IMG/VR virus record: IMGVR_UViG_3300012348_000091
Span: 1-54,362 of that record
Strand: one strand, 5' to 3'
DNA length: 54,362 nt
Source of the DNA: a virus
Lineage: Duplodnaviria; Caudoviricetes
Shown here: positions 16,891 to 25,811 of the stretch, one piece after another
Layout: every line of letters starts with the position of its first letter
Position numbering within the stretch: position 1 is the first letter of the stretch
Made by a program: the position numbers and the translations under genes
The notes under the pieces: model-generated
Told to the model about the DNA's origin: nothing
The model's database searches: none
The model's input: the letters and a program-made list of their open reading frames with translations, nothing else

Positions 16891-17104
16891 TGGCTTGTCC
16901 TCTCAGGTGGTCGTCCCACAGGTTCAACTGCGGGATAAAGAGGGGGTCGGTGTGCCCGTCGCGGTCGGGGACGTATTCGAGTATCTCTGTCGTGTGCCCG
17001 TGGTTCATCCATGCGCTCATCTCTCGGAAGATCGGGTAATTGTCCTCCATCCACACGATGTATCTGCTGTTGTTGTAGGTGCGCTGGATAATCAGATAGC
17101 CCAT
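16880..17104 (-). CDS. Hypothetical protein
   Basis: MGYLIIQ, GGAG RBS. Confidence 0.55.
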   Translation of the reverse strand: MGYLIIQRTYNNSRYIVWMEDNYPIFREMSAWMNHGHTTEILEYVPDRDGHTDPLFIPQLNLWDDHLRGQANGI

Positions 17105-17322
17105 CAGTCTTGCTCCCCTTCCGCCCCACACTCGGTGCAGACGTTAATCATAGCCTCGCCACGCTCGAACACGTGGTCGCACTCCTCCCTCCCGATGAAC
17201 TCTTCCCACAGGTCGAGGTGGACGCGCAGGGTCACGCTATCCTCGAACTCATGGAGGGTATCGCTGCTCTCCAGTATCTCCAACGCCAGCGCCGCGCGGG
17301 CTTGGTCGGTCATATGTCCCAT
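17104..17322 (-). CDS. Hypothetical protein with CxH...CxxC
   Basis: AAGGAG RBS; CDH and CTEC. Confidence 0.55.
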   Translation of the reverse strand: MGHMTDQARAALALEILESSDTLHEFEDSVTLRVHLDLWEEFIGREECDHVFERGEAMINVCTECGAEGEQD

Positions 17323-17338
17323 CTCGTTTGCTCCTTGT

Positions 17339-17629
17339 TTATTTCGGGCGCTTGGTGGGTGACTTGCGCTTGGGTATGCCCGCATCTGGGTGCCGTCTGC
17401 GATACCCCTCGATAGCGCTGGTCACGGTGGTGAGGTGACGCCCCTCGCTGTCTGCGATCTGCTGGTGCGTCTCGCCGTCCATCCAGCGTTCGATGTAAGC
17501 CCGCGCCCGCCTGTCGGCCTTTGCTGTGCGCTCGGCGTTCGCCTTAGCCAATTGGGGAGGAAGCTTCCGCGCTTTCTTGGCGAGTAGCCGCGCCCGCGCC
17601 TCGGCTGCTGTGAGAGGCTCGTCACTCAT
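17339..17629 (-). CDS. HTH DNA-binding protein
   Basis: GETHQQIADSEGRHLTTVTSAI. Confidence 0.65.
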   Translation of the reverse strand: MSDEPLTAAEARARLLAKKARKLPPQLAKANAERTAKADRRARAYIERWMDGETHQQIADSEGRHLTTVTSAIEGYRRRHPDAGIPKRKSPTKRPK

Positions 17630-17645
17630 CTCATTTGCTCCTTAT

Positions 17646-17659
17646 CATACTCAGGTATG
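17646..17659 (-). promoter_or_regulatory. Early-arm motif copy 4
   Basis: TACCATACCTGAGTATGATAAGGAG on minus. Confidence 0.7.
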
Positions 17660-17667
17660 GTAGCCCG

Positions 17668-18024
17668 TCAGGCCGCTAGGCCCATGTCCCGTTGGAACCG
17701 CTCCAGTTGGCGGTGGTAGCCCATGTGGCTGGTGATGAAGTTGCGAAGCCACGTGCAGCTTTTCTCGATGGTCTCGGTGTGCGGGTGGGTTTGGGTGCGG
17801 TGCTTGCTCGTGGTTGAGGAACAGCGGTCTTCGTTCTCGTGCCAGTCGAAGCCATCATGGACGAACAGGGGCCAGTGGCTCCCGTAGCTGTAGACTACAT
17901 AAAGCGTGGGTGTGTGCTGGACAGCGTAGAGTTGGCCGTTGCTGTTTTGGAAGGGCTTGCGGGCTTGGACGTAGGGACGCGCCAAGCGGCCATTGATGCG
18001 GGGTGTCTTGGTCGGGTTGGTCAT
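17668..18024 (-). CDS. Phage early protein, function unknown
   Basis: YVVYSYG.HWP...SSTTSKH motif; start moved to ATG 18024 behind GAGGAG. Confidence 0.65.
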   Translation of the reverse strand: MTNPTKTPRINGRLARPYVQARKPFQNSNGQLYAVQHTPTLYVVYSYGSHWPLFVHDGFDWHENEDRCSSTTSKHRTQTHPHTETIEKSCTWLRNFITSHMGYHRQLERFQRDMGLAA

Positions 18025-18044
18025 GTCGTTTGCTCCTCGTTTGG

Positions 18045-18116
18045 TCAGTCTGCGCGGTAGGCTGCGACGATGCACATCGCTGCGACCACAATCATGATGA
18101 ATAGCTCGAAAGGCAT
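18045..18116 (-). CDS. 23-aa hydrophobic peptide
   Basis: MPFELFIMIVVAAMCIVAAYRAD fills the intergenic gap. Confidence 0.35.
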   Translation of the reverse strand: MPFELFIMIVVAAMCIVAAYRAD

Positions 18117-18131
18117 GGTCGGTTGCCCCTA

Positions 18132-18347
18132 TTACGATAGGTGAATGGGTTGGGTGTCGGCCATCAGGGTCGCATAATGGACGGGGCGTTCGTATCGGCC
18201 TTGTTCGTCGCGGTAGATGGAAAGCCAGCGGCCAGCGGCTGCCAGCCCGATGGTTTCACCGTAGTTGACGTTCGCACCCAGCGGCCAGAGGTGGGCGAGG
18301 TTTTCGCTGTCCAGCGCAGCGTTCAAGGTAGGGAACCAAATCTGCAT
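18132..18347 (-). CDS. Hypothetical protein
   Basis: MQIWFPTL...RDEQGRYERPVHY; GGAG RBS. Confidence 0.6.
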   Translation of the reverse strand: MQIWFPTLNAALDSENLAHLWPLGANVNYGETIGLAAAGRWLSIYRDEQGRYERPVHYATLMADTQPIHLS

Positions 18348-18361
18348 TGTCTGCTCTCCAT

Positions 18362-18375
18362 CATACTCAGGTATG
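18362..18375 (-). promoter_or_regulatory. Early-arm motif copy 5
   Basis: ATCATAC-CTGA-GTATGAT, 7-bp inverted arms. Confidence 0.7.
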
Positions 18376-18415
18376 ATAACCAGTGGCGCGGGGCGTTCCT
18401 TGCCCCGTCCCCTAT

Positions 18416-18444
18416 TATGTAGCACCCTAATCATACAATGTCAA
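18416..18444 (-). promoter_or_regulatory. Sigma70-type early promoter
   Basis: TTGACA-N17-TACATA, same boxes as 15792..15820. Confidence 0.7.
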
Positions 18445-18524
18445 GCGCAAGGGTTGGGGGCCGTTTTGTTCATCATGGAGTATACCTTTTATGAACGAAC
18501 GGGGTGTCGGCTAGGGGGTGGAAT

Positions 18525-18865
18525 AGACAATGTATAATGTAATAATGCTATGAAACCAAAACCGGGTTCTTACAAAAGAATCTTACAAAAGGACTGCCCA
18601 AAAATCAGGGGGTTGTGTAGGAAAAATGGGGTAATGTAATAATGTAATAAAAATTTAACTACTACTACAGGATTCCGGGATTTTGGCTACAACGGTGTAA
18701 GAATCAGCGAGCAGGCTCGCCCGATCCCGGAAATTGAATAAGACCTCAAAAATTTCATTACATTATTACATTAGGGCCGAAGTCCTTGAAAACGCAAAGG
18801 AAACACCCTCAAAAAAACCTTACAAAAGAATCTTACATTAGCCCATTTTATTACATTACAAACTA
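18525..18865. repeat. AT-rich repeat region, candidate replication origin
   Basis: 19-bp direct repeat at 18569 and 18819; perfect 17-bp inverted repeat 18632-18648/18757-18773; inner 8-bp inverted repeat on the same axis. Confidence 0.6.
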
Positions 18866-18962
18866 GATTCTTCCGCTTGCCCTACGCTGAAATGCCGCTT
18901 ATAGGCGCTCTACCCTCACACGCCGCTCAGAGCGTATAAAGAGGGTATTTAGGAGAAAACCC

Positions 18963-19199
18963 ATGCATGAAGTAAGATTTCGCACTCCCGCACCGCTCCA
19001 CAATGCAATCAATTTGGCCGCTGCACAGCGAGGTATCGCGGCCTCCGCTTTGGTATCAATGGCGCTTTATGAATACCTGCGCGAACGCGGCGAGCTTACA
19101 CCTACGCAAGCACGCGCAGTTGAACCGGCGGTTACATCCAGCCCCGACCTTGCCGTTTGGTTTGACGAGGATGACGAGCCACTCAACGTGGGAAGCTAA
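18963..19199 (+). CDS. Ribbon-helix-helix (Arc/CopG-like) regulator
   Basis: Strand EVRFRT then helices LHNAINLAAAQRG and ASALVSMALYEYL; AGGAG RBS. Confidence 0.65.
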   Translation: MHEVRFRTPAPLHNAINLAAAQRGIAASALVSMALYEYLRERGELTPTQARAVEPAVTSSPDLAVWFDEDDEPLNVGS

Positions 19200-19204
19200 T
19201 TTAC

Positions 19205-19218
19205 CATACCTGAGTATG
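19205..19218 (+). promoter_or_regulatory. Early-arm motif copy 6, inverted orientation
   Basis: TACCATACCTGAGTATGTTAAGG on plus, just after the RHH stop. Confidence 0.7.
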
Positions 19219-19278
19219 TTAAGGCCGACCGCCCCACATCTATCATAGGGCCGCCCATGTCGCGCGGATTGCAGGCAC

Positions 19279-19312
19279 AAAAAAACCCCGCTTGGCACAG
19301 GGCCAAGCGGGG
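19279..19312 (-). terminator. Rho-independent terminator
   Basis: 11-bp stem CCCCGCTTGGC/GCCAAGCGGGG followed by T7 on minus. Confidence 0.85.
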
Positions 19313-19343
19313 CAAGGGGGCGGGGTGTGCGGCCCCGCCGAAG

Positions 19344-20108
19344 TCAATCCTCTGCGAAGGCTTCGGGGTTGGCAGCGACAAGCGCAGCGATACGGCGGGC
19401 GAATGAGAGGGCGGCGGGTGCAAGGGCTTCCTCACCCTTGGCAGCGCCCTCCACAAGGCGCGCGGCTAGTGCCATTACTTCACTAGGGGTAGCAAGGCGC
19501 GCATCGCTGTCACCCTCACCCTTGGTATTGCTAGGCGCGGCGCGGTTGGTGCCAGCCTCACCTTTGGCAACCTTGCCCAAAGCGGAAAGGCTCTTGGCCT
19601 TTGCCATTGCCGCCGCCTTGTCGGACGTGCCACCTTCCAGCACCAGCGCGCCGTCTTTGATAAGCGCCGTCATACCTTCGGCGCGGATAGCGGTTGCCAT
19701 TGCCACGGCTTTGCTAGCCATAGTCCAGAGCGCGTCATTCTTTTTCGTCACATTGAAGAACGTGGCAAGGAACGCCGCCTTGTATGCGCCTTGCGCTTCG
19801 CGGCTTACCTTGCCTTCCCCGTTGCGCATCCATGCCAGCGCCTCATCCCCAAACTGGTCAAGGCCCGTGCAATCAACATGGGTGTGCACGTCACCCTTCA
19901 CCGTGATGTCGAAGGCCCAATCGCGCGCGGCCACTTCGTCCGAAGCAAAGCCTGCTGTCATAACAGCAAGGGCAGCAGCGCCCTTAGCCTTGCCTTTGTC
20001 TATCTGTGCCTTGCCCTTGATAGCGGTTGCAGCAGCAACAGAAAGGAACGTAGCGGCTTCCGAAGCGGTGAGGGAAGCCTTAGCGATGTTGTTAGCGGTC
20101 AGGTTCAT
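19344..20108 (-). CDS. Ala/Lys-rich first gene of the early arm, function unknown
   Basis: 254-aa ORF with its own promoter and terminator. Confidence 0.7.
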   Translation of the reverse strand: MNLTANNIAKASLTASEAATFLSVAAATAIKGKAQIDKGKAKGAAALAVMTAGFASDEVAARDWAFDITVKGDVHTHVDCTGLDQFGDEALAWMRNGEGKVSREAQGAYKAAFLATFFNVTKKNDALWTMASKAVAMATAIRAEGMTALIKDGALVLEGGTSDKAAAMAKAKSLSALGKVAKGEAGTNRAAPSNTKGEGDSDARLATPSEVMALAARLVEGAAKGEEALAPAALSFARRIAALVAANPEAFAED

Positions 20109-20155
20109 TGCGGTGTCTTTCTTTTGAGGCGGGCGCGTCATTGCCCCGCCCCATT

Positions 20156-20184
20156 TTCCTGCCAGACTAATCATACAGTGTCAA
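20156..20184 (-). promoter_or_regulatory. Possible early promoter
   Basis: TTGACA(C/T)TGTATGATTAG shared with the 18444 promoter; -10 box weak. Confidence 0.45.
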
Positions 20185-20227
20185 GCGTGCGAGGTGCAAC
20201 GGGACAAGGTGTAGCGCGCGGGGTTAT

Positions 20228-20241
20228 CATACTCGGGTATG
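20228..20241 (-). promoter_or_regulatory. Early-arm motif copy 7
   Basis: TATCATAC-CCGA-GTATGATA, 8-bp inverted arms. Confidence 0.7.
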
Positions 20242-20708
20242 ATACGGGTGAGGCGCAATCCAGAGGGGGGCTAGCGCGGTGTGAAACGGGCGGGGGGTAG
20301 GGGTTCGCTTTTCGGGCTTTCGCGGCCCCACCTACCCGCCACCCCCCAAAACCACAGCAAATGTCACCGCCCGCTCATACATAATAAAATGCTCAAACGA
20401 CGACGCACTTTTGAAATCCGACCCCCCACCCCCTTCATTTTGCCTACGTCTAGCCTGCTCTCCGTCCACGGAAACACCCCCCGTCACTTTTTGTTTGGGT
20501 CCCCTACCCCCGGGGGGTATATATTTTGGCAGAATGCTCTGGAGGTTCCTGTGGCGACCAAGCGACATGGGGGAAGATAGGAACGTAAAGAGCGAAATTA
20601 CTGGTCGTGGCGTGCCAGCACCTCAGCAGCCAGAGCATTCTTCCTTTACAGCTACGCTGGTAGACTGTTACACAGCAGGTCTGCTCCCTCAAACCGGACG
20701 CTGCACCC

Positions 20709-21332
20709 ATGGCTGTTGTAAAAGTGACTCCCTCCGAGGACCACAAAGTACCCTTCGACGTCGAACCCGACGAGCCAGCAAACTTCATGGAAGAACTGGC
20801 GATAGCAGCGAACACAGCAGAGACGCTCGAAGTGCTGGGTGCCCCACTGGAAGTGGACCCGGCTACATATGACCGCGAGAAGGCGTTGATCGACGCCGTG
20901 GCGAAGCGCCAGCAGTCCGCTCCCCTGAAGAACTACTCCACTGCACTGGCAGCCTCTGGCTTCCTGAAGACCTATGGTCAGAACATCGCGTTCGACGTGG
21001 GGCAGGTCCGGGCCGCGCTGACCAACAAGCTGATGGAAATCGCCAACTGCGGCGAGACCAAGTACGAGTTGAAAGCCCTCGAACTGCTGGGCAAGCACAG
21101 TGACATCAGCCTCTTCACCGAGCGCAGCGAGATCACCATCAACTACAATAGCCCGGATGCACTGGAGGCTGCGATCAAGGACCGGGTCAAGCGCCTGCTG
21201 AACGCCACGGTGATCGACATGACCCCACCGGGCATGGACCTCGACGATGAGTTGGGGGTCTACGAGCGGCAACTGCCGAACACCGAGGACGAGACCTCCG
21301 AAGACGAAGAAGAGGGTGAGGACGAAGGCTGA
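20709..21332 (+). CDS. Putative terminase small subunit
   Basis: Directly upstream of the large subunit; LKALELLGK...LFTER motif. Confidence 0.6.
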   Translation: MAVVKVTPSEDHKVPFDVEPDEPANFMEELAIAANTAETLEVLGAPLEVDPATYDREKALIDAVAKRQQSAPLKNYSTALAASGFLKTYGQNIAFDVGQVRAALTNKLMEIANCGETKYELKALELLGKHSDISLFTERSEITINYNSPDALEAAIKDRVKRLLNATVIDMTPPGMDLDDELGVYERQLPNTEDETSEDEEEGEDEG

Positions 21333-22873
21333 TGGGTCGTCCCAACATGCAGCTTATCGAGGAGATCGACCTCGATGACATCCCAAAAATCCTACCCCTG
21401 TTGTCCGTAGCGGAGCAGCAGCACCTGCTGGCTGAGTTGGAGAAGCTGGAGAAGCTGAAGACCCAGCAGCAGTGCCGCGACAAGTTCATGGCCTTCGTGA
21501 ACGAGGTCTGGCCTACGTTCATTGGAGGACGCCACCATGCTAAGATGGCTGAAGCGTTTGAGAGAGTGGCACGGGGGGAGCTTAAGCGCCTCATTATTAA
21601 CATGCCTCCTCGTCACACTAAATCTGAGTTTGCCTCTTATCTTCTGCCTGCTTGGTTCCTAGGCAAATACCCGGGCAAGAAGGTGATCCAGACGTCCCAC
21701 ACCGCTGAACTGGCGGTGGGCTTTGGTCGTAAGGTGCGTAACCTTGTCGATACCGAGAATTATCACCAGATTTTCCCCGATCTGAGCCTCTCAAGCGACT
21801 CGAAGGCAGCCGGGCGCTGGAACACCTCCAAGGGTGGTGACTATTTCGCTATCGGTGTGGGCGGTGCGGTGACCGGTAAGGGCGCTGACCTCCTCATCAT
21901 TGACGACCCGCACTCCGAGCAGGAGGCGGCGCTGGCCGAAATCAACCCGGATATTTACGACAAGACCTACGAGTGGTACACTTCCGGCCCCCGTCAGCGT
22001 CTCCAGCCGGGCGGGGCTATCGTCATCGTGATGACGCGCTGGTCGAAGCGCGATCTGACCGCTCAGGTGCTGAAAAGCGAGTCCCTGCGTGGTGGTGACG
22101 GGTGGGAAGTCATCGAATTTCCGGCCCTGCTGCCCTCCGGCAACCCGCTGTGGCCCGAGTTCTGGAGCCTCAAGGAGCTTAGCTCGCTCAAAGAGGAACT
22201 GCCCAACTCGAAGTGGATGGCGCAGTACCAGCAGAACCCGACGGGCGACCAGAGCGCCATCGTCAAACGGGAATGGTGGCAGATTTGGGAGAAGGAGACG
22301 CCTCCCCAGTGCGAGTTCATCCTCCAGTCGTGGGATACGGCTTTCGAGAAGACGCAGCGTGCCGACTATTCAGCCTGCACCACGTGGGGTGTGTTCTACC
22401 ACCCCGACAATAACGGCCTCGAACAGGCCAACATCATCCTCCTGAACGCGTTCCGGGACCGCATGGAGTTTCCGACGCTGAAGCGCACGGCTATCGAGGA
22501 GTATCGGGACTGGGACCCGGATAGCGTCATCATCGAAAAGAAGGCATCAGGTGCGCCGCTCATCTACGAGATGAGGGCGATGGGCATCCCAGTGCAGGAG
22601 TTCACCCCGACGCGCGGTAACGACAAGATCAGCCGTCTGAACGCGGTATCCGACCTGTTCGCAAGCGGGAGAGTGTGGGCACCGGGCACCCACTGGGCCG
22701 AGGAAGTCATCGACGAAGTGGCGTCATTCCCGGGTTCAGAGCACGACGACTACGTGGATAGCGTGTCCATGGCGATGCACAGATTCCGTAGAGGCGGCTA
22801 TGTGACTACTGAACTAGACGCAGAGGACGATCCCGTGTATTTCAAGTCAAACCGCAATCGAGGGTACTACTGA
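21332..22873 (+). CDS. terL: Terminase large subunit
   Basis: Walker A MPPRHTKS, Walker B LLIIDDP, VMTRW, nuclease SWDTA, IIEKKASG, HDDYVDS. Confidence 0.95.
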   Translation: MGRPNMQLIEEIDLDDIPKILPLLSVAEQQHLLAELEKLEKLKTQQQCRDKFMAFVNEVWPTFIGGRHHAKMAEAFERVARGELKRLIINMPPRHTKSEFASYLLPAWFLGKYPGKKVIQTSHTAELAVGFGRKVRNLVDTENYHQIFPDLSLSSDSKAAGRWNTSKGGDYFAIGVGGAVTGKGADLLIIDDPHSEQEAALAEINPDIYDKTYEWYTSGPRQRLQPGGAIVIVMTRWSKRDLTAQVLKSESLRGGDGWEVIEFPALLPSGNPLWPEFWSLKELSSLKEELPNSKWMAQYQQNPTGDQSAIVKREWWQIWEKETPPQCEFILQSWDTAFEKTQRADYSACTTWGVFYHPDNNGLEQANIILLNAFRDRMEFPTLKRTAIEEYRDWDPDSVIIEKKASGAPLIYEMRAMGIPVQEFTPTRGNDKISRLNAVSDLFASGRVWAPGTHWAEEVIDEVASFPGSEHDDYVDSVSMAMHRFRRGGYVTTELDAEDDPVYFKSNRNRGYY

Positions 22874-23133
22874 TGGCTGAGGTGAAGGCACAATTCCCGA
22901 TTGGGAAGACCCAGTGGGCTAAGTGGAGCGACGTGCAGCGGGGGGTGTTTAACCTACTCCGCGATGGGGGTATGCCCCACGACGAGGCCGTAAAAGAGGC
23001 CAGTTGCACTGGGTGGGTCGAGTTCAAGCCCGAGGTGGCCGTGCCCGAAGAGCCGGTAAAGGTCGAAGCGGTAGCGCCGGTAGAGCCGGTCCCGCCGGTC
23101 AAGAAGCCCGCCCCTAAGAAGAAAGCCAAGTAA
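22873..23133 (+). CDS. Hypothetical protein
   Basis: Coupled between terL and portal. Confidence 0.6.
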   Translation: MAEVKAQFPIGKTQWAKWSDVQRGVFNLLRDGGMPHDEAVKEASCTGWVEFKPEVAVPEEPVKVEAVAPVEPVPPVKKPAPKKKAK

Positions 23134-25620
23134 ATGGACATCGACAAGGCTCTCAACCAAGCCCCGCTTGGTCTGTCCCCCGAAGACCTGATGGGCGAAG
23201 AGCCTGATATCGAGATTGAGATCGAGGACCCCGAGTCGGTAAGCATCGGCATTGGGGACATGGAGATCGAGATCGACCCCGATGCGGTCGATGAGGACGA
23301 GTTCAACGAGAACCTCGCTGAAGACCTCGACGAGGGCCAGCTTACAGAGCTTGCCGGTGACCTGCTTGGTGAGTTTGAGGAGGACGTCTCGTCGCGCAAG
23401 GACTGGATACAGACCTACGTAGACGGGTTGGAACTGCTCGGCATGAAGGTCGAAGACCGGACTGAGCCGTGGCCGGGCGCGTGCGGCGTCTACCACCCGC
23501 TCCTCTCCGAAGCTCTCGTCAAGTTCCAAGCTGAGACCATGATGGAGACCTTCCCGGCCCAAGGGCCGGTGCGGACCGAGGTCATCGGCAAGGAGACGCC
23601 TGAGACGCGTGAGGCTGCGGCCCGCGTGCAGGCGGATATGAATTACCAGTTGACCGATGTGATGGTCGAGTATCGTCCGGAACACGAGCGTATGCTGTGG
23701 GGGTTGGGCCTCGCAGGTAATGCGTTCAAGAAGGTGTACTACGATCCGTCACTCGGTCGTCAGGCTTCGATGTACATTCCGGCTGAGGATGTCGTCGTCC
23801 CCTATGGCGCGTCCAGCTTGGAAGTCGCTGGGCGCGTCACCCATGTGATGCGGAAGACCCCGAACGAGCTTAACAAGCTGCAAGCCTCGGGGTTCTACCG
23901 TGACGTCGATCTGCCTGAGCCAGTCGATACGCTCGATGAGATCGAGAAGGCTATCGCTGAGAAGATGGGCTTCCGAGCCTCTTCCGACGACCGCTACAAA
24001 CTGCTTGAGATGCACGTCGATCTGGTGCTGCCAGACGACAAGTTTGCAAAAGACGAGGCCAAGGCCGAGGTTGCTGTCCCCTATGTGGTGACCCTCGACA
24101 AGGGCACGCAGACCGTGCTGGCTATCCGGCGCAACTGGAACCCGGATGACGAGCGTAAGCAGAAGCGCAACCACTTCGTCCACTACGCCTACATCCCGGG
24201 CTTTGGCTTCTATGCCTTCGGCCTCATCCACCTCATCGGTGCTTTCGCCAAGTCGGGCACCAGTCTGATCCGTCAGTTGGTGGACGCAGGTACGCTGTCG
24301 AACCTGCCGGGCGGCTTCAAGACCAAGGGTCTTCGGGTCAAGGGTGATGACACCCCCATCGCCCCTGCCGAGTGGCGTGACGTCGATGTGGCGTCGGGCA
24401 CGATGCGCGACAACATCATGCCGCTGCCGTACAAGGAGCCGTCACAGGTCCTTTATAGCCTCCTCGGCACCATCGTGGAGGAAGGCCGTCGCTTCGCCTC
24501 TGCTGCTGACCTTCAGGTCAGTGATATGTCGGGTCAGGCTCCCGTCGGGACCACGCTGGCCATCCTTGAGCGCACGCTCAAGACCATGTCGGCTGTGCAG
24601 GCCCGCATCCACTACTCGATGAAGCAGGAGTTCCGGCTCCTCAAGACCATCATCGCTGACTATACGCCGGAAGAGTACAACTACGACCCCGAAGACGGTG
24701 ACCGTAAGGCCAAGAAGTCCGACTACGACCGGGTCAACGTCATCCCCGTCAGTGACCCCAACGCTGCCACCATGGCGCAGAAGATCGTCCAGTATCAGGC
24801 GGTCCTTCAGTTGGCGCAGGGCGCACCTCAGCTTTACGACTTGCCATACCTGCACCGGCAGATGTTGGAGGTTCTGGGCATCCAGAACGCCGAGAAGCTC
24901 GTGCCGCTCAAGGACGGCGACGAGATGAAGCCGCGTGACCCGGTCAGCGAGAACATGGATGTCATTAACGGCAAGCCCGTGAAGGCGTTCATCTACCAAG
25001 ACCACGAGGCGCATATCGCAGTCCACATGGCTGCTATGCAGGACCCCAAGGTCGCGCAGCTTATGGGCCAGAACCCCAACGCACAGGCTATGATGGCTGC
25101 TATGCAGGCCCACATCGCGGAGCACTTGGCGTTCGCCTATCGCAAACAGATCGAAGAGCAGGCCGGGGTGCCGCTGCCTCCGCCCAACGCTGAGATGGAT
25201 GAAGCCACCGAGCTTGCGATTTCTCGTCTGGCTGCTGTGGCTGGCCAACAGCTTCTCCAGAAGAACCAAGCCGAAGCGCAACAGCAACAGAACCAGCAGA
25301 TGCAGCAGGACCCCATCGTCCAGATGCAGATGCAGGAGCTTCAGATCAAACAAGGCGAACTCGACCTCAAGAAGCAGAAGCTTCAGATCGAGGCGGCTGA
25401 TAAGGCCGACCGGATCGAGATCGAAGAGAAGCGCATCGCCTCTCAGCAAGAAATCGCTGGCCTCCAAGTGGGGGCCAAGATGGCAACGGATCAGGCCAAC
25501 CTGTCCGCCAAGGAGCAGATGGAAGGACTTCGTATGGGCGTTGAGGTCGCCCGCGAGCAGTTCCAAAATGCACAACAACCCCCTGTTTCCCCAACCCAGC
25601 AGCCAGAGGAGCCTGAATGA
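23134..25620 (+). CDS. Portal protein
   Basis: Position after terL; GNAFKKVYYD, GFGFYAFG; long Gln-rich C-terminal coiled coil. Confidence 0.85.
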   Translation: MDIDKALNQAPLGLSPEDLMGEEPDIEIEIEDPESVSIGIGDMEIEIDPDAVDEDEFNENLAEDLDEGQLTELAGDLLGEFEEDVSSRKDWIQTYVDGLELLGMKVEDRTEPWPGACGVYHPLLSEALVKFQAETMMETFPAQGPVRTEVIGKETPETREAAARVQADMNYQLTDVMVEYRPEHERMLWGLGLAGNAFKKVYYDPSLGRQASMYIPAEDVVVPYGASSLEVAGRVTHVMRKTPNELNKLQASGFYRDVDLPEPVDTLDEIEKAIAEKMGFRASSDDRYKLLEMHVDLVLPDDKFAKDEAKAEVAVPYVVTLDKGTQTVLAIRRNWNPDDERKQKRNHFVHYAYIPGFGFYAFGLIHLIGAFAKSGTSLIRQLVDAGTLSNLPGGFKTKGLRVKGDDTPIAPAEWRDVDVASGTMRDNIMPLPYKEPSQVLYSLLGTIVEEGRRFASAADLQVSDMSGQAPVGTTLAILERTLKTMSAVQARIHYSMKQEFRLLKTIIADYTPEEYNYDPEDGDRKAKKSDYDRVNVIPVSDPNAATMAQKIVQYQAVLQLAQGAPQLYDLPYLHRQMLEVLGIQNAEKLVPLKDGDEMKPRDPVSENMDVINGKPVKAFIYQDHEAHIAVHMAAMQDPKVAQLMGQNPNAQAMMAAMQAHIAEHLAFAYRKQIEEQAGVPLPPPNAEMDEATELAISRLAAVAGQQLLQKNQAEAQQQQNQQMQQDPIVQMQMQELQIKQGELDLKKQKLQIEAADKADRIEIEEKRIASQQEIAGLQVGAKMATDQANLSAKEQMEGLRMGVEVAREQFQNAQQPPVSPTQQPEEPE

Positions 25621-25811
25621 GTAGCGACCTATTGAAGTACTTAGCCGAGAAAGTGAACGCTGAGATCGCCGTCATGAGCGACGATCTCGCACGCGGCACT
25701 GCCAAGGATCATGGAGAGTACAAGTATGCCTGCGGGATCATCCGTGGGCTTATGATCGCAAACGGCCTCTTCGCTGAGACCGCACAACGCATGGAAAACG
25801 ACGATGACTGA
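25617..25811 (+). CDS. Small hypothetical protein
   Basis: GTAKDHGEYKYACGIIRGL; ATGA overlap. Confidence 0.65.
   Translation: MSSDLLKYLAEKVNAEIAVMSDDLARGTAKDHGEYKYACGIIRGLMIANGLFAETAQRMENDDD

Noticed and set aside
5130-18040. Recurrent GGAGCAAA before early genes as a separate element
   Set aside because: Adequately explained as a favoured Shine-Dalgarno plus spacer.
12523-20241. Repeated palindromic motif as a CRISPR array
   Set aside because: Copies are 0.7-2 kb apart and separated by whole genes, with no regular spacers.
6203-22873. Inteins or introns in the polymerase or terminase
   Set aside because: Lengths are ordinary, motifs are contiguous and no splice-junction motifs were seen.
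24442-25578. 378-aa minus-strand ORF and similar long antisense ORFs (e.g. 19327..20127, 28292..29059, 41305..42114)
   Set aside because: Shadow frames produced by GC-rich codon bias opposite clear genes.
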